A DNA stretch of 64,000 nucleotides from Octopus sinensis. Lineage: Eukaryota. The DNA lies in NCBI RefSeq assembly GCF_006345805.1, contig NC_043012.1, forward strand, positions 16,368,001-16,432,000. Direction: 5' to 3'. The notes under the pieces were generated by a model. That model saw only the letters and a program-made list of their open reading frames with translations, made no database searches and was not told the DNA's origin. Shown one piece after another: positions 11,901 to 25,072 of this stretch. The first letter of the stretch is position 1. Each line of letters opens with the position of its first letter. The translations under genes and the position numbers were made by a program.

Positions 11901-12189
11901 ATTATTATTCAGGTCACTTCCTGGAATTGAACTTGGAATCTTGGGGTTAGTAGCCCGCGCTCTTAACCACTACGCCTTATGGCCCTGGTTACGTTTCCGC
12001 AACGCAAAACCTGCTCCTACTTGTTTGGATATGAACTCACCGGGAAGCATCTGACTGACCATACGAACTGTTCCGTAGGTTGCATACCGTCCTTCGCTTC
12101 CAGATTGTGAAAGCTTACCATAACGTTTAATCTAAATAGAGTGGAATTTTAAGGCTTTTAAACAGAATCTGTGTGTGGAAGAGAGTGCG

Positions 12190-12505
12190 TGTGAAGTCGC
12201 ATGGCGTAGTGGTTAGGCTCACGGACTTTCGGTCGTGAGTTCGATAGCCGGCGGCGCATTATGTCCTTGAACGAGAGACTTTATTTCAAGTTGCTCACTC
12301 ACCTCAATTGGCAAAAAGAAGTTGTACCTGTAATTCATTGGGTCAGCCTTGTCACATTCTCTGTCACACTGAATCTCACTGAGGAACTTCATTATGGTTT
12401 TGCATGCCTGTGGAGTACTCAGCCACTTGGACATTAACTTCACGTGCTTCCTGTTCCGTTAACCGGATCGACTGGAACACTCCTCGTCGTAACCGGCGGA
12501 ATGCC
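12190..12505 (+). mobile_element. SINE family C
   Basis: TGGCGTAGTGG A-box, GAGTTCGAT B-box, tail ...CTCGTCGTAACCGGCGG. Confidence 0.8.
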
Positions 12506-12774
12506 AGTGTGGGTGTCTGCGTGTGTGTGTGTGCATATGTGCTTGTGTGTGCGTGTACATGTGTGTGCGTGTACATGTGTGTGCGCGCGTGTGTGTGTAT
12601 GCGTGTGTGTGTATGTGTGCGCGTGTGTGTGCGTGTGCGTGTGTGGGTGCGTGCGTGCGCGCGTGTGTGTATGCGTGTGTGTGTGTGCGTGTATGTGTGT
12701 GTGCATGTGTGTGCGCGCGTGTGTGTGTGCGTGTGTGTATACGCGCGTGCTTGTTTGTGCGCGTGTGTGAGTAT

Positions 12775-12985
12775 GAAGGCGTGTGATCTACTGATCAGGA
12801 CGTTCGATTCCCAGATCGATTACTTGAACCGAGTGTTGCGATGTTATTCTTGAGCGAAGAGAGATTCTTGGCCTGATCACCAAACCAGCGGGGTTGCATC
12901 CGTCGAATGCGAAAACAATATGGTGAAGCGCACTGTGACCAGCGGTGTATAACCATATCCGAGAATCTGGTCAATACAATGATAA
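12775..12985 (+). mobile_element. Degenerate SINE (family D); tail shared with 53778-53908 (-)
   Basis: B-box CGTTCGATTCC; the TTGGCCTGATC...GTGACCAG tail recurs inverted at 53778-53908. Confidence 0.55.
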
Positions 12986-13044
12986 ATATATATTTGTGTG
13001 TGTGTGTGTGTGCGTGTGCGTGTGTGAGTATATATATTCCTTTA

Positions 13045-13352
13045 TTTTTTTATTTGTTTCAGTCATTTGACTTTGGCCATGCTGGAGCAGCGCCTTTAGT
13101 CGAATAAATCGACCCCAGGACTTATTCTTTGTAAGCAAGCCTAGTACTTTTCTATTGGTCTATTTTACTGAACCGTTAAGTTACGGGGATGTAAACACAC
13201 CAGCATCGGTTGTCAAGCGATGATGGGGAGGACAACCACAGACACTCAAACACACAGAAACACAAACACAAAGAAACACAAACACACAGAAACACAAACA
13301 CACATATATGCCAGGCTTCTTTCAGTTTCCGTCTACCAAATCCACTTACAAG
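13045..13352 (-). mobile_element. SINE family A, 3' part
   Basis: Matches the family A tail and central domain. Confidence 0.85.
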
Positions 13353-13482
13353 GTTTTGACATTTTCCGACCTCCTTGAGTTCATGCCTAACAAATTTCCA
13401 AGACCGTTCTTCGCCTCCCTTAATAACCAGTGGTTTAAACAAACGATCCCAGAAATAGTATACGAACGATATATCCATCTAG

Positions 13483-13775
13483 TGGAGGTGCATGGCCTAG
13501 AGCAGCGGACTCGCGGTCGAGAGATCGCGGGTTCGAATCTCAGACCGGGCGATGTGTGTGTTAATGAGCGAAACATCTAAGCTCCACGCGATTGCGGCAG
13601 AAGGTAATGGCGAACCACTGCTGACTCTTTCGCTACAACTTTCTCTCACTCTTTCCTCCTGCATCTTGCAGCTCTCCTGCAACGGACCGGCGTCCTGTCC
13701 AGGTGGGGAACCTATACGCCAAAGAAACCGGGAAACCGACCCTATGAGCCAGGCGTGGTTCGAGAAGGAACAAAC
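13483..13775 (+). mobile_element. tRNA-headed SINE related to the 37746 copy, with a different tail
   Basis: GGAGGTGCATGGCCTAG...GGGTTCGAATCTC...CTAAGCTCCACG shared with 37746-37930; the tail CCTGTCCAGGTGGGGAA...GAAACCGGGAAACC differs. Confidence 0.7.
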
Positions 13776-15614
13776 ATATCCATCTAACGATCGTCTGACA
13801 CGCCGTCCTCACCAGCTAAATATTTCCCTCGATAGCACTTGTATTCTAATCCCTACGAAGCAAAACCTACACAATTATCACATGAACCGTCAAAAACCGC
13901 CGATTTAAAACGTCTTCATTTCATACAGTCATATATACGTCCATGATACTAACTGGAAATAATATAAAGAATCATATGATAAAAGATAATAAAAAATCAT
14001 TCTGATTACGTCATACGTAGCAACCAATCAAATTTCTGAAATATAACCAGATCAAAATGGTAGCTATTGATGTGTATGAAAATATAGCTTAGTACAAGTC
14101 TTTGAAAATAAATGAAAATAAATGTAAAGTTACGAAATATAAAATAGCATGTTCTTCATCTTTCTCTTTTTCTTTCAATGCAAGATTTTAATATTTAATA
14201 TATGAATTTATGTACTTTTGTGCACGTGATAACACGCAATAAATTACATGCATTTCCACACATACATATATTTATGTATATTTGCATGGAGACATATATG
14301 CATATATGCATTTATATGTATATACACACACTCATACATAGACATATGCATATATATCTAGTTATATATTATATATATATATATATTATATATATTATTA
14401 TATGCATATGTCTATGTATGAGTGTGAATAAAACACACATATATCATTATTTGCATCTATATGAATATATATATATATATACGTATATATTCATACCTGC
14501 ATATATATATATGTCTGCATATATTATATGTACATGTGTGCATATTAAGTGCATGTATTTGTACGTATGTATATGTTTTATATACGTGTGTGTGTATATG
14601 AATATATAAACGTCTGCATACACATATGGACATGTTAAACAAATATACATCTACTTATATAAATAACCAAATTTATTTAAGTAGATGTGTGTTATAGACA
14701 CATGGATGCCAACAGGCATAGGTAGGTGCATACAAAGATATTTATATACATGCATACACACAAACAAACATTCAGCCACACATACATTCATACATACATA
14801 CATACATACATAAATACACATACATATAATCACATGCACACATAGACACATACATACAAACATACTTAGCTTCAGATATATATATAAATACATATATATA
14901 TATATATATGCATACACACACACACATACATACATATATACATACATACACGCACATACATATATACATACAGACATACGTTCATGCATATATACACGCA
15001 TACATACATATACACATACATACATGCAAGCATGCATGCATACATACACATACATACATACACACACACTTACATAAATACATATACATACATACATATA
15101 CATACATACACATACATACACACACACATACATACATACATACGCACACATCCATACATACACACATACATAAATACATCCATACATACATACACACACA
15201 TACATTCATACATACATATATACATGCATACATACACACACACACATACATGCATACATGCATACATACATACATACATACATACATTCATACATACATA
15301 CATACATGCACACTTACATATCAACGTGTTGTTTACGCTACGCTATCAACACATGTCAAAGCCGTTTATTAAACTCGTTTCATCTTTTTCTGCATGGCTT
15401 AATATCGCTGTTTGCTGTTGTTGTTGTTGTTATTGTTGTTGCCGTTCTTCATGATTCTTTCGCATAGAATATTGCGTAAATAATATTCCTATATTTTTGT
15501 ACTTATTTTATGTTATATTTATTTATTTATTTATTTTTTTTTTTTTTTACTAATTTCATTTCTTCTTGACGAAGATAATTTATGTGAACATGTACATATG
15601 AACCTTTGCGTTCG

Positions 15615-15690
<76 letters not shown>

Positions 15691-16272
15691 TATATGTATA
15701 TATATATGTATATATATGTATATATATATATTGTATATATATATATATATTTCTTTATCATGTGTATTATATGCACATATTTAAACAAACTTACGCATTT
15801 ATTTATATTTGTATCTGCATACCTATATCAAGTTAACTACTATATATCTAACATATCTGTAAATATCCATGCGCGTGTATGCATGTGTGTATGGTGTATA
15901 CGTGTGCTGTGGCGCGGTGAATGTGCGTGCGTGCGTGCGAAAACACGTCTTTGAAATCGCCGTATTTTTGTGCCTTGATCAGAGAAATTATAAATAATAA
16001 ATTTTCATGCACAGGTATGAAACGTCGATTTGACAAACGAGACTTCCATTCATCTTACGCATGCATACAAATGATATGTATGATATGCATGCGTATGCAT
16101 GTATGCCTTTATGCATGTATGAATGCATGCATGTATATATGCATGAATTTATATATACATATGTGCGTGTGTATGCAAGTAGGTTGCGCCTAGATCAACT
16201 GATGTTTCGCGTTTTAGCCCATATCTTCAAAGAGGTCATACACTCTGTCAGTTTTAGCTTTTCATTATTTTT

Positions 16273-16662
16273 GGGGCGGCGAGCTGGCAGAATCGTGTAC
16301 ATGCCGGGCAAAATGCTTAGCGGTTTTTCGTCCGTCTTTACGTTCTGAGTTCAAATTCCGCCGAGGTCAATTTTCCTTTTCATCCTTTAGGGGTTGATAA
16401 AAAAATACCAGTTGAACACTGGGGTCGATGTAACTGACTCATCCCCTCACCCAAAGTTGCTGCCCTTGTGGCAAAATTTGACACCATTATTGTTATTAGT
16501 CACTACGATCTGAGTTCAAATTCCGCCGAGGTCGACTTTGCCTTTCATCCTTGCGGTCTCGATAAATTAAATACCAGTCATGTACTGGTGTCGATGTAAT
16601 CGACTATCCACCTTCCCCACAAATTCCAGGCCTTGTGCCTATAGTAGAAAAGATTATTATTA
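16273..16662 (+). mobile_element. Two tandem SINE family B copies
   Basis: Units at 16273-16495 and about 16505-16662. Confidence 0.85.
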
Positions 16663-16729
16663 TTATGAATCACCATCATTATTATTATTAGTCATCATAA
16701 TCATCACCATCATCATTATTATTATCATT

Positions 16730-16948
16730 CAGTAGTCTTATTTATATCACGTGCTTTCATTGCACAACCGGTCGCAGCTCTGTGTGCTTTGGGTATGTGC
16801 TGTGGTTTGTTGTGATGCTCTTATTTTTGCTGTATTGAAAGTGTTTTACGTAGGATGTGTGCAGTGCCTTGTAGTGCTATTTTCTGTATGTTATATATAC
16901 TCGTTAGTCCTGGTGTATTTGTCTGAATATTTTTTATCATGCCTAATG
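16730..16948 (-). mobile_element. R4/Dong-like LINE 3' fragment in (TAA)n
   Basis: Diverged copy of 17041-17365. Confidence 0.75.
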
Positions 16949-16956
16949 CTATTATT

Positions 16957-17040
<84 letters not shown>

Positions 17041-17043
<3 letters not shown>

Positions 17044-17365
17044 TAGTTTTATTTTTATAATGTGCTTTCAGTTCACTACCGAGCGCAGCTCTGTGTGCCT
17101 TGGGTATGTGCTGTGATTTGTTGTGATGCTCTTATGGTTACTGTATTGAAAATGTTTTGCGTAGGATGTGTGCAGTGCCCAGTAGTGCAATTTTCTGTAT
17201 GTTATATATATTTGTAAGTCCTTGTGTCTTAAATTTTTTTATCATACCTAATGCGCCTACTATGATAGGAATTGTTTCTGTTTTTAGATTCCACATTCGA
17301 GTTACCTCTATTTCCAGGTCTTTGTATTTTGAAAGTTTCTCCATTTCTTTTAGAGACATGTTCTC
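17041..17365 (-). mobile_element. R4/Dong-like LINE 3' fragment (restriction-like endonuclease C-terminus)
   Basis: KEMEKLSKYKDLEIEVTRMWNLKTETIPIIVGALG...IQKIALLGTAHILRK matches the K..KY.DL / PI.VGALG motifs of RLE-type elements; (TAA)n on both sides. Confidence 0.88.
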
Positions 17366-17379
17366 ATTATTATTATTAC

Positions 17380-17412
<33 letters not shown>

Positions 17413-17827
17413 AATGAGGTAAATCCGAGGCGTGGTTATGCTAGTTGAAAATTATTATTATTATTATGAAAGTGTAGAAACTGAATTACGTTGCTGGGAC
17501 ATTCATTCTGTTTAACGGAATTAGCAGCAAAAAATGTGTTGCATATACACAAATTGATGACGTTTGTAAGAGCAAGAAAATAACGAGAGGTTATGGCGGG
17601 CATATTCTTCCTGAGGTTATCAAAGATGGATGATTGATGTCTTCGTGTCTATTGACGCCATCTTCATCATCATCATCATCATTCCCACCACCATTGCCAA
17701 TACATTAAGTTGAAGCGAATAATGGATGGTTATGGCGCTCATATCTTTCCTAAAGACATTGGCAACGGTCGCATTGATTTCTTAAATTGGTGTGTTCTCT
17801 GTTGCTGTTGCTGGTTGTCGTTGTTAC

Positions 17828-17876
<49 letters not shown>

Positions 17877-17886
17877 GGTCGTGGTG

Positions 17887-17927
<41 letters not shown>

Positions 17928-19766
17928 GAGAAGGGTCGTGGTCGTGGTCGTGGTAGTTGCGGTGGTGGTGGTGGTGGCGGTGGTGTTTAGTCACCTATCA
18001 GCTCTGATCAAGCAGACCTATAATGAAAGACGTTCCCGCCATGACTAAAGGGTCAGTTATTTATTTTTTCACTTATTTATTTATTCAAGCTTAACATATC
18101 CTGAGCTACATTGTCCGATGTGCACTTCTAACTGTTTTGTCTTTTTATTAAAACTCTGAAGAATGCGATTCGAGAAAGAATTGGCTGCTATTTCTAAGCA
18201 TGTAGTGCAGATATGGGCAATGTTTTTCAAGAAGCGGACCGCATGAGATATGGCCACATCATCAGACGGACCGAGCTAAAAAAGATTCACGGTAATTTTT
18301 CGTCGGCGTACCATTCAGAAAGCCGCAGTTTGCCCATGACTAATGCAGCGGTTCCTTTGATTGCTAAGACTAAAAGACTAGCTAATGGCGTTGGCATTCA
18401 TGTTTTTCCTAAAGATATTTGGGAACAATTTGTTGATTTTATTATATTCCTGTTGCTCTTTTAACCCCAGATCAGTCCTGAATGAACGGATTTATAACGG
18501 AAGGTGTTCAATTTACGACTGTCTCGTCTGTTCGGACAGTTTACCCCAAACTATATTCTCTTCTATATCCTTTTGTTATTGTTGCTGTTGTTGTTGTTTT
18601 GTTGTTTGTTTTGAGTTTTTAAATAAAAGGGACGGTAAAGTGTGGTCTGAGGGAGATTTATTTCTTTGCTATTTCTGGCTGGCCGAGTAGATCGTCTTCG
18701 TAGAGCTGGTCTCAGAAGCTCGCGAATTCTTACTCAAACTAAAGATGTCGGATATGTAGGAAAAAAGAAGGAAAGGGATGGTATTGTGTAACAAGCATGC
18801 CTTTTTGTTATTATTATTATTATGTTATTATTATTATTATTATGGTAGTGGTGGTGGTGGTGGTGGCTGTGAAAATGGTGACGACTATGGCCGAAGACCG
18901 TGATTTGAATCAATGATGTCGGTTATGATAATAGTAAAGACGATGGTGGTAGTGTTGTTAGTGGTGGTGGTGGTGGTGGTGGTGGTGGTAGTGGTGGTGT
19001 GGTGAGATTGTAGCGGAGGTGGTAGTGTTAAAGCTGACAGCGATCGTCGTAGTAATGGTAGAGCGAGCTGAAGTCAGTAGATGCGCTAATGGTCGTAGCA
19101 GTGATATCATTGGGGATGGTGGTGGTGGTGGTGCTACTGCTGCTGCTGCTGGTGATAGTGGTGGTGATGGTGGTTCTGGTAGTGGTGATAGTGATGATGA
19201 TGATGATGATGATAATGATGATTGTAGTGGAAATGGCGGTCCGTAGCTGTGGGGAGCAGTCATTATTTCCGTGCAGTCAACCACAACGTCTATATTTTAT
19301 AACGATATGAAAATCATTAATAATTTTTTTTTATAAAGTAACAAGGCAAAAAAATTGAAAATAAAACAAGAGTAAAATGACTGTCGGGCGAACGGTTTTC
19401 TTGACGAAGACAACAAACTTAACAGCAGAAAGTTATAAAGAAAGAGAGAGACAATGAGAAAAGAGAGGGGGGGAAATTGAGTGAGGGAGTAAAGAGTCGG
19501 CAGAGGAGGAATGAGGAATAGAGGGAGATGAGTTGATGAGAAGAGAGAGGGGGTTAGAGAGAGAAGTAGTGTGAGAGGGGAAGATAGGGAGAGAAAGTGA
19601 AGTGTTGAAATATGACTGAAAGACACGCACACACACACACACACACACACGTCTTTAGCTATATTAAGCTGATATAGCAAAAAGACGTGTGTGTGTGGGT
19701 GGGATGCGCGCTTATGTGTGTGTATGCGCGTGTGTGTGTATATGTATGTATTCATATATATGTATG

Positions 19767-20086
19767 TGAAGGCGCACAACTTCGTGGTTAGGATATTCGG
19801 TTCACGATCGTAAGGTTGCGAGTTCGATTCGTACCGGCGCACTGTCTCCTTGAGCAAGACACTTTATTTCACGTCGCTCCAGTCCACTCAGCTAGCAAGA
19901 ATGAGCAGTACCCGTAATTAGACGAGAGCCAGCCTTCTCACATTCTGTGTCACCATGAATCTGTCTGAGAACTATGTGAAGAGTACGCATGTCTGTGGAG
20001 TACTCAGCCACTTGCACATTAATTTCACGAACATGCTGTTCCGTTGATCGAATCAACTGGAACCCTCGTCGTCGTAACCGACGGAG
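19767..20086 (+). mobile_element. SINE family C
   Basis: Head through tail GGAACCCTCGTCGTCGTAACCGACGGAG. Confidence 0.85.
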
Positions 20087-21284
20087 AACCAGACTTTTGT
20101 TTATATGCATGCATATATATGTGTGTGTGTGTATGTACGTATTCATATGCATCCATGTGTGTGTGTGTGTGTACGTATTCATATGCATCCATGTGTGTGT
20201 GTGTGTGTGTGTGTTTGTCCTGTTTACCATTGTTTTCTCGTTTTTGTATTTAACTCGTTTGTTTACGTATTTCATGTTATTTGCACCGTTGGTGATGTCC
20301 TCTATCCATATATGCAAATATACACACACACACACAGACATACACACATATACGCACATATACATATATATAATAACAAAATAATATATAAAACATATGC
20401 ATATATACATACATTTATGTACGTACTTACCTCTACATGTATATATACATGCATATATGTGTACAGGACACCAAAAAAAAAAACGTTGAACACAATGAGA
20501 AACGAAAACATAAAAATAAAAACATGGAAACGGACTTTTTTTCAAACAACGAAAAAACAGAGTAAAAGACATACAACACAAGGAATATTCCCCTTCTTCG
20601 GTTGCCCCTGTTTCGGCTACTCCGCGTTTCGAAGGTAAGGGCAAGACGCGACAATCCTTGAAACAATCCTTCCCACAAAGCAAATTAAGTAAAATTTGGG
20701 ATTTTTTGCGGAGGGGTAAAAGTGGTAACAAGAACAGGTCAGCAAAAACAAAACAAGGCAGTAAAAACAATACAAATAAAAACAGTAAAAGACAGGACAA
20801 GTAGAATAACACAGTAAAAACAAACGATGAGGGTTGTTAAGCCGAGACGATAGAAAAATTATTTTGAATGCATTGAGAAAACGGCTTACGAGAAGGACAG
20901 GATAAGCCGTGTTGACTTGTTGAATGTAGCAGTCGGAAGGAAAGTTACCCTCTGGTCATGTGTCAGTGACGAGAAGGAGGAGGAGGAGTAAGAGAGAGGG
21001 AACGGTGAAAGGGAGAGGAGAAGAATAGAGAAGGGAGGGAGAGAAAACCAGAAAGGATGAAGAACAAGAGAGGGAGACAGACAGACAGGAGAGGAAAAGT
21101 AAAGTTAAAAGTGCGCATCATAATTATTAAGATAAAACTTACTTGGAAGCGGATGCGTGGCGTTCGATCATATAATAACAAAATTATATATAAAACATAT
21201 GCATATATACATAAAAACAAAAACATGAAAACGGACTTTTTTTTCAAACAACGAAAAAACAGAGTACAAGACATACAACACAAG

Positions 21285-21318
<34 letters not shown>

Positions 21319-21458
21319 CGGGCTTCTTTCAGTTTCCGTCTACCAAATCCATTCACAAGGCCATAATAGAAGACACATGCCGAAGGTGCCACACAGTGGG
21401 ACTGAACCCGGAACCATGTTGTTGGTAAGTAAGGTATATATATATATATATACACACA

Positions 21459-22341
21459 CAGGATACGATGGGTAATTTGGCGTCAAATTATACTTTTTAT
21501 TTCGCGCATGCGCATTGTTTGCTTTTGATTTTGTCGATTACACAGTATAGTTGGGTCAGTTGGGCACTGTCTGTGAGAATAACAGCACCATGATGCAATT
21601 CACTCTGCCAGAAATTTGGAAATATGCTGTACTGTTTGGTATTCACACCGGAAGCTCCAATACTAACATTTCAGAGTGTTTGGTGTCAGTATGAGGACAG
21701 TGCAATTTGAGGAGAAGTACGGAGAGTGATATAAATCAAACATCCAGTCAACATCATGGTATTTGGAGTGATCACTAGTGATGGCGACGTTATGCTTCCA
21801 TTCATCTTCCCACACGGCCTCAGACTCAACATGAAGGCCTGCAGCAAGTGTCTGGAAGAGGTAGCGCTGCCCTGGATGAAGAGGGTGGCTGCTGGAAGGC
21901 CCTATGTCTGGCAACAGGACTCTGCCCCATGCCATACAAGCAGGTGAACCTAGTCATGGCTGTTAGACAATTTTTGCGACCACATCACCCTTAACATCTA
22001 GCTACCTAACTCCCCAGACTGCAACCCCCTTGATTATTATGTGGGGGGCGCAGTTGGGCAAAAGACCAACAAAATTCCTTGTAACACCGAAGATAAACTG
22101 AAGGCAAGGATTATGGCAGCATTTACCAACTTAAACAAGGAGACCATCTAGAAGAGTTGCAGGAGATTCTGAAGTCGTCTGGAGGACGTGGCTGAAGCCA
22201 ATGGCGATTTTATTCAATAAATTTACTCTTTAATATTTCAAGATATTTTTATGTAATTTTAGTAAATATATCTATTAAAATGAGATGTCAGTTATTTTCA
22301 TTATTACGTAATTTAAACGACAGTTTATTCACCGCACCCTG
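21459..22341 (+). mobile_element. Internally deleted Tc1/mariner (DD37D maT-like) element
   Basis: VMVFGVITSDGDVMLPFIF...WQQDSAPCH...PNSPDCNPLDYYVWG remnant; degenerate TIRs CAGGATACGATGGGTAATTTGGCGT / ACGACAGTTTATTCACCGCACCCTG followed by TA. Confidence 0.85.
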
Positions 22342-22344
22342 TAC

Positions 22345-22407
<63 letters not shown>

Positions 22408-22674
22408 GTGTGTGTGCGTCTATTTATCATTGCATGGTATGTTTAGTGTGTATATATGTATGCAAGTTTCTAAGTGAATGTGTCAGCGGATCTACTTCGG
22501 TATCATTATGTTCGTGCGTGTAGAGTATTCCTGTATTTGTATATCTGTGTACATGTGTATATATGTGAGCGCGCATGCGTGTGTATATGGATGTAAGTAA
22601 ATTGATTTCAAATTTTGGCACAAGGCCGGTAATTCCGTGGCAGCAAGTCAATTATGTGTGTGTGTGTTTTATCT

Positions 22675-22913
22675 GTTATCTTTTACTTGTTCCTGTCATT
22701 AGACTGCGGCCATGCTGGGGCACTGCCTTGAAGAGTTTTAGTCGAACGAATCTACGCCAGTACTATTTTTTTTCAAACCTGATATTTATTCCATCGGTTT
22801 CTTATGTCGAACCGCTAGATTACGGGGACGTAAACAAACCAACACCAGTTGTCAAGCGGGGGTGGTGGACAAGCTCAAAGACACGCACACAGATGTGTGT
22901 GTGTGAGTGTGTA

Positions 22914-22981
<68 letters not shown>

Positions 22982-23050
22982 TGCGACTGGCTTCTTTCAG
23001 GTTCTCTTTTCCAAATCCACTCACAAGACTTGGGTCGGCCTGGGGCTATA
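22675..23050 (-). mobile_element. SINE family A, diverged
   Basis: Tail and central domain match. Confidence 0.75.
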
Positions 23051-23357
23051 AAAGAAGCAGTTTGTATTTATGCTCCCTATTTTAAAGAGATGCAAGTCTG
23101 TATGTGACTTGTGGCGATTAAGCGACACCAAATACAAATCCATATTCATATCATGTCAATTCAATGTCGCAGGCACACACGCCCAATATTTCTCTGTGTG
23201 TATGTGTGTATGTATGCGTGTGAGTGTTTGTCTGTGAGGGAATGTATGTGTATGTATCATGCATAAATATGAATAATAAATTATTGGAAATTGAACGGGT
23301 GTCTTCGGTATTAAGGTAATTTGACTCGCCCCAGGCGCAACAAAATATATGTATATA

Positions 23358-24070
23358 CGAGGTTCGATCAATAAGTATCCGGACTGTTGCCGTAGTAACG
23401 AAGCTAAAGCATGCAGAGTAAAGCTGCTTCGTACAAATTGATCTTGAACTCTGTTGTGCATGCGCACTAAGTTTTACCGTTCTAGCACACTTCTGTTGTG
23501 CTTGGAAGGAAGGTGTGTAGCGTGTGATTGTCGCGTTGACCGTGACAGAGAAAATTGTCATGGCGACACATGCTCAGAGGCCTACGCAAATTTTCAGAAA
23601 GCGTATGGAGAGGAATGTATGTGCTGTACACAAGTGTACGTGTGGGTCAGACATTTCGAAGATGGCCGACAAAATGTCGATAGTGACGAACGTTCTGGGA
23701 GACTCGCAACCAACAGAACTGAGAAAACAGTGCAGCTGTACGTGCAGCTGTGAGGGGAAGTCGTCGAATCATCATCCGTGAGTTATAAGAGAATGTGCGA
23801 ATTAGTTACGGTTCAGTTCAGTCCATTATCACTGAAGATTTCGGTATGAGACGCGTGCCTACCAAGTTTGTGCCAAAAACAGCTTTCAGCTGATTAAGAA
23901 GACTCACGGGTTTCAGTTGCACAAGATCTCCTTGATTGTGTTGAAAACGATGAAATTTTTTTGCAAACTTTGCGTAGGCTTCTGGGCCGGTATCACCAAG
24001 CTTTTGGCAGAATTTGAGGCAGATTCTCTGCTCAACTTCCTCTGTGTGTTGCGAAATGAATTTGACAGAT
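23358..24070 (+). mobile_element. Mariner element, 5' part (TIR plus HTH region, pseudogenised)
   Basis: TA-CGAGGTTCGATCAATAAGTATCCGGACT TIR-like start; FQKAYGEECMCCTQVYVWVRHFEDGRQNVDSDERSGR is typical of the mariner N-terminal HTH. Confidence 0.85.
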
Positions 24071-24084
24071 GTATAAACTTACAA

Positions 24085-24305
24085 TAATGATTCCAAATTT
24101 TGGCACACAAGACCAGTGAGTTCGAGGGAAAGGACAAGTCGATTACATAGACCCCCAGCATTAAACTGGTAATTATTTTCTCAACCTCGAAAGGAAGAAA
24201 GGCAAAGTCGACCTCTGCGGAATTATAACCCAGAATGTAACGACGGGTGATATGCCGCTAAGCATTTTGCCCCGTGTGCTAACGATTCTGCCAGCTCACC
24301 GCCTT
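24085..24305 (-). mobile_element. SINE family B
   Basis: Inverse match ending CCAGCTCACCGCC. Confidence 0.85.
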
Positions 24306-24389
24306 AAACTAAAAATAAATTGAACAGTATACACGAAAATTAATACGATTAAATATACAACGGCTAGCTCGCAAGGTAGCTAGCTTGGT

Positions 24390-24487
<98 letters not shown>

Positions 24488-24498
24488 GATAGATAGAC

Positions 24499-24582
<84 letters not shown>

Positions 24583-24591
24583 TGATAGATT

Positions 24592-24629
<38 letters not shown>

Positions 24630-24658
24630 CAGACAGGCAGGCAGACAGACAGACAGAC

Positions 24659-24706
<48 letters not shown>

Positions 24707-24739
24707 GGGTGGGTGGATGGATGGATGGATGGATGGATG

Positions 24740-24821
<82 letters not shown>

Positions 24822-24845
24822 TTGATAGATATATAAATAGATATA
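24390..24845. repeat. (GATA)n/(GACA)n/(GGAT)n compound microsatellite
   Basis: Directly visible. Confidence 0.95.
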
Positions 24846-25028
24846 TATATATAATAATAATAAATATTAGGGAATGAATCCAAAATTACAGGGAAAAATC
24901 AGATTTAGGGTTAAATCCAATTTTATAGTAAAATATATAATATAATTCGAGACAAAACCACTATTTTAAAACCAAACAAGGAAAGACTTAATCAATACAT
25001 AAAATTTTAATATAAATTAAATAAACCG

Positions 25029-25072
25029 CCACTACAAATGTTTCATGTCTGCTACCGACAATCTTCAGGTGG
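25029..25072 (-). ncRNA. Type-I hammerhead motif
   Basis: Reverse complement CCAC-CUGAAGA-U-UGUC(GGUAGCA)GACA-U-GAAAC-AUUU-GUA-GUGG: canonical core, 4-bp stems I and II, 2-bp stem III with a tetraloop. Confidence 0.8.

Larger units (their letters stand above)
11531..11985 (-). mobile_element. Family-H SINE copy 3 (tRNA head plus intact hammerhead), interrupted by a family-B SINE at 11682-11900
   Basis: Reverse-complement head GGGCCATAAGGCGTAGTGGTTAAGAGCGCGGGCTACTAACCCCAAGATTCCAAGTTCAATTCC; tail with a complete hammerhead. Confidence 0.85.

Noticed and set aside
19892-20812. 306-aa ORF (also the 304-aa ORF at 31727-32641 and the 300-aa ORF at 34155-35057)
   Set aside because: Each runs across a SINE or LINE fragment, a microsatellite and a non-coding repeat; low complexity and no coherent protein.
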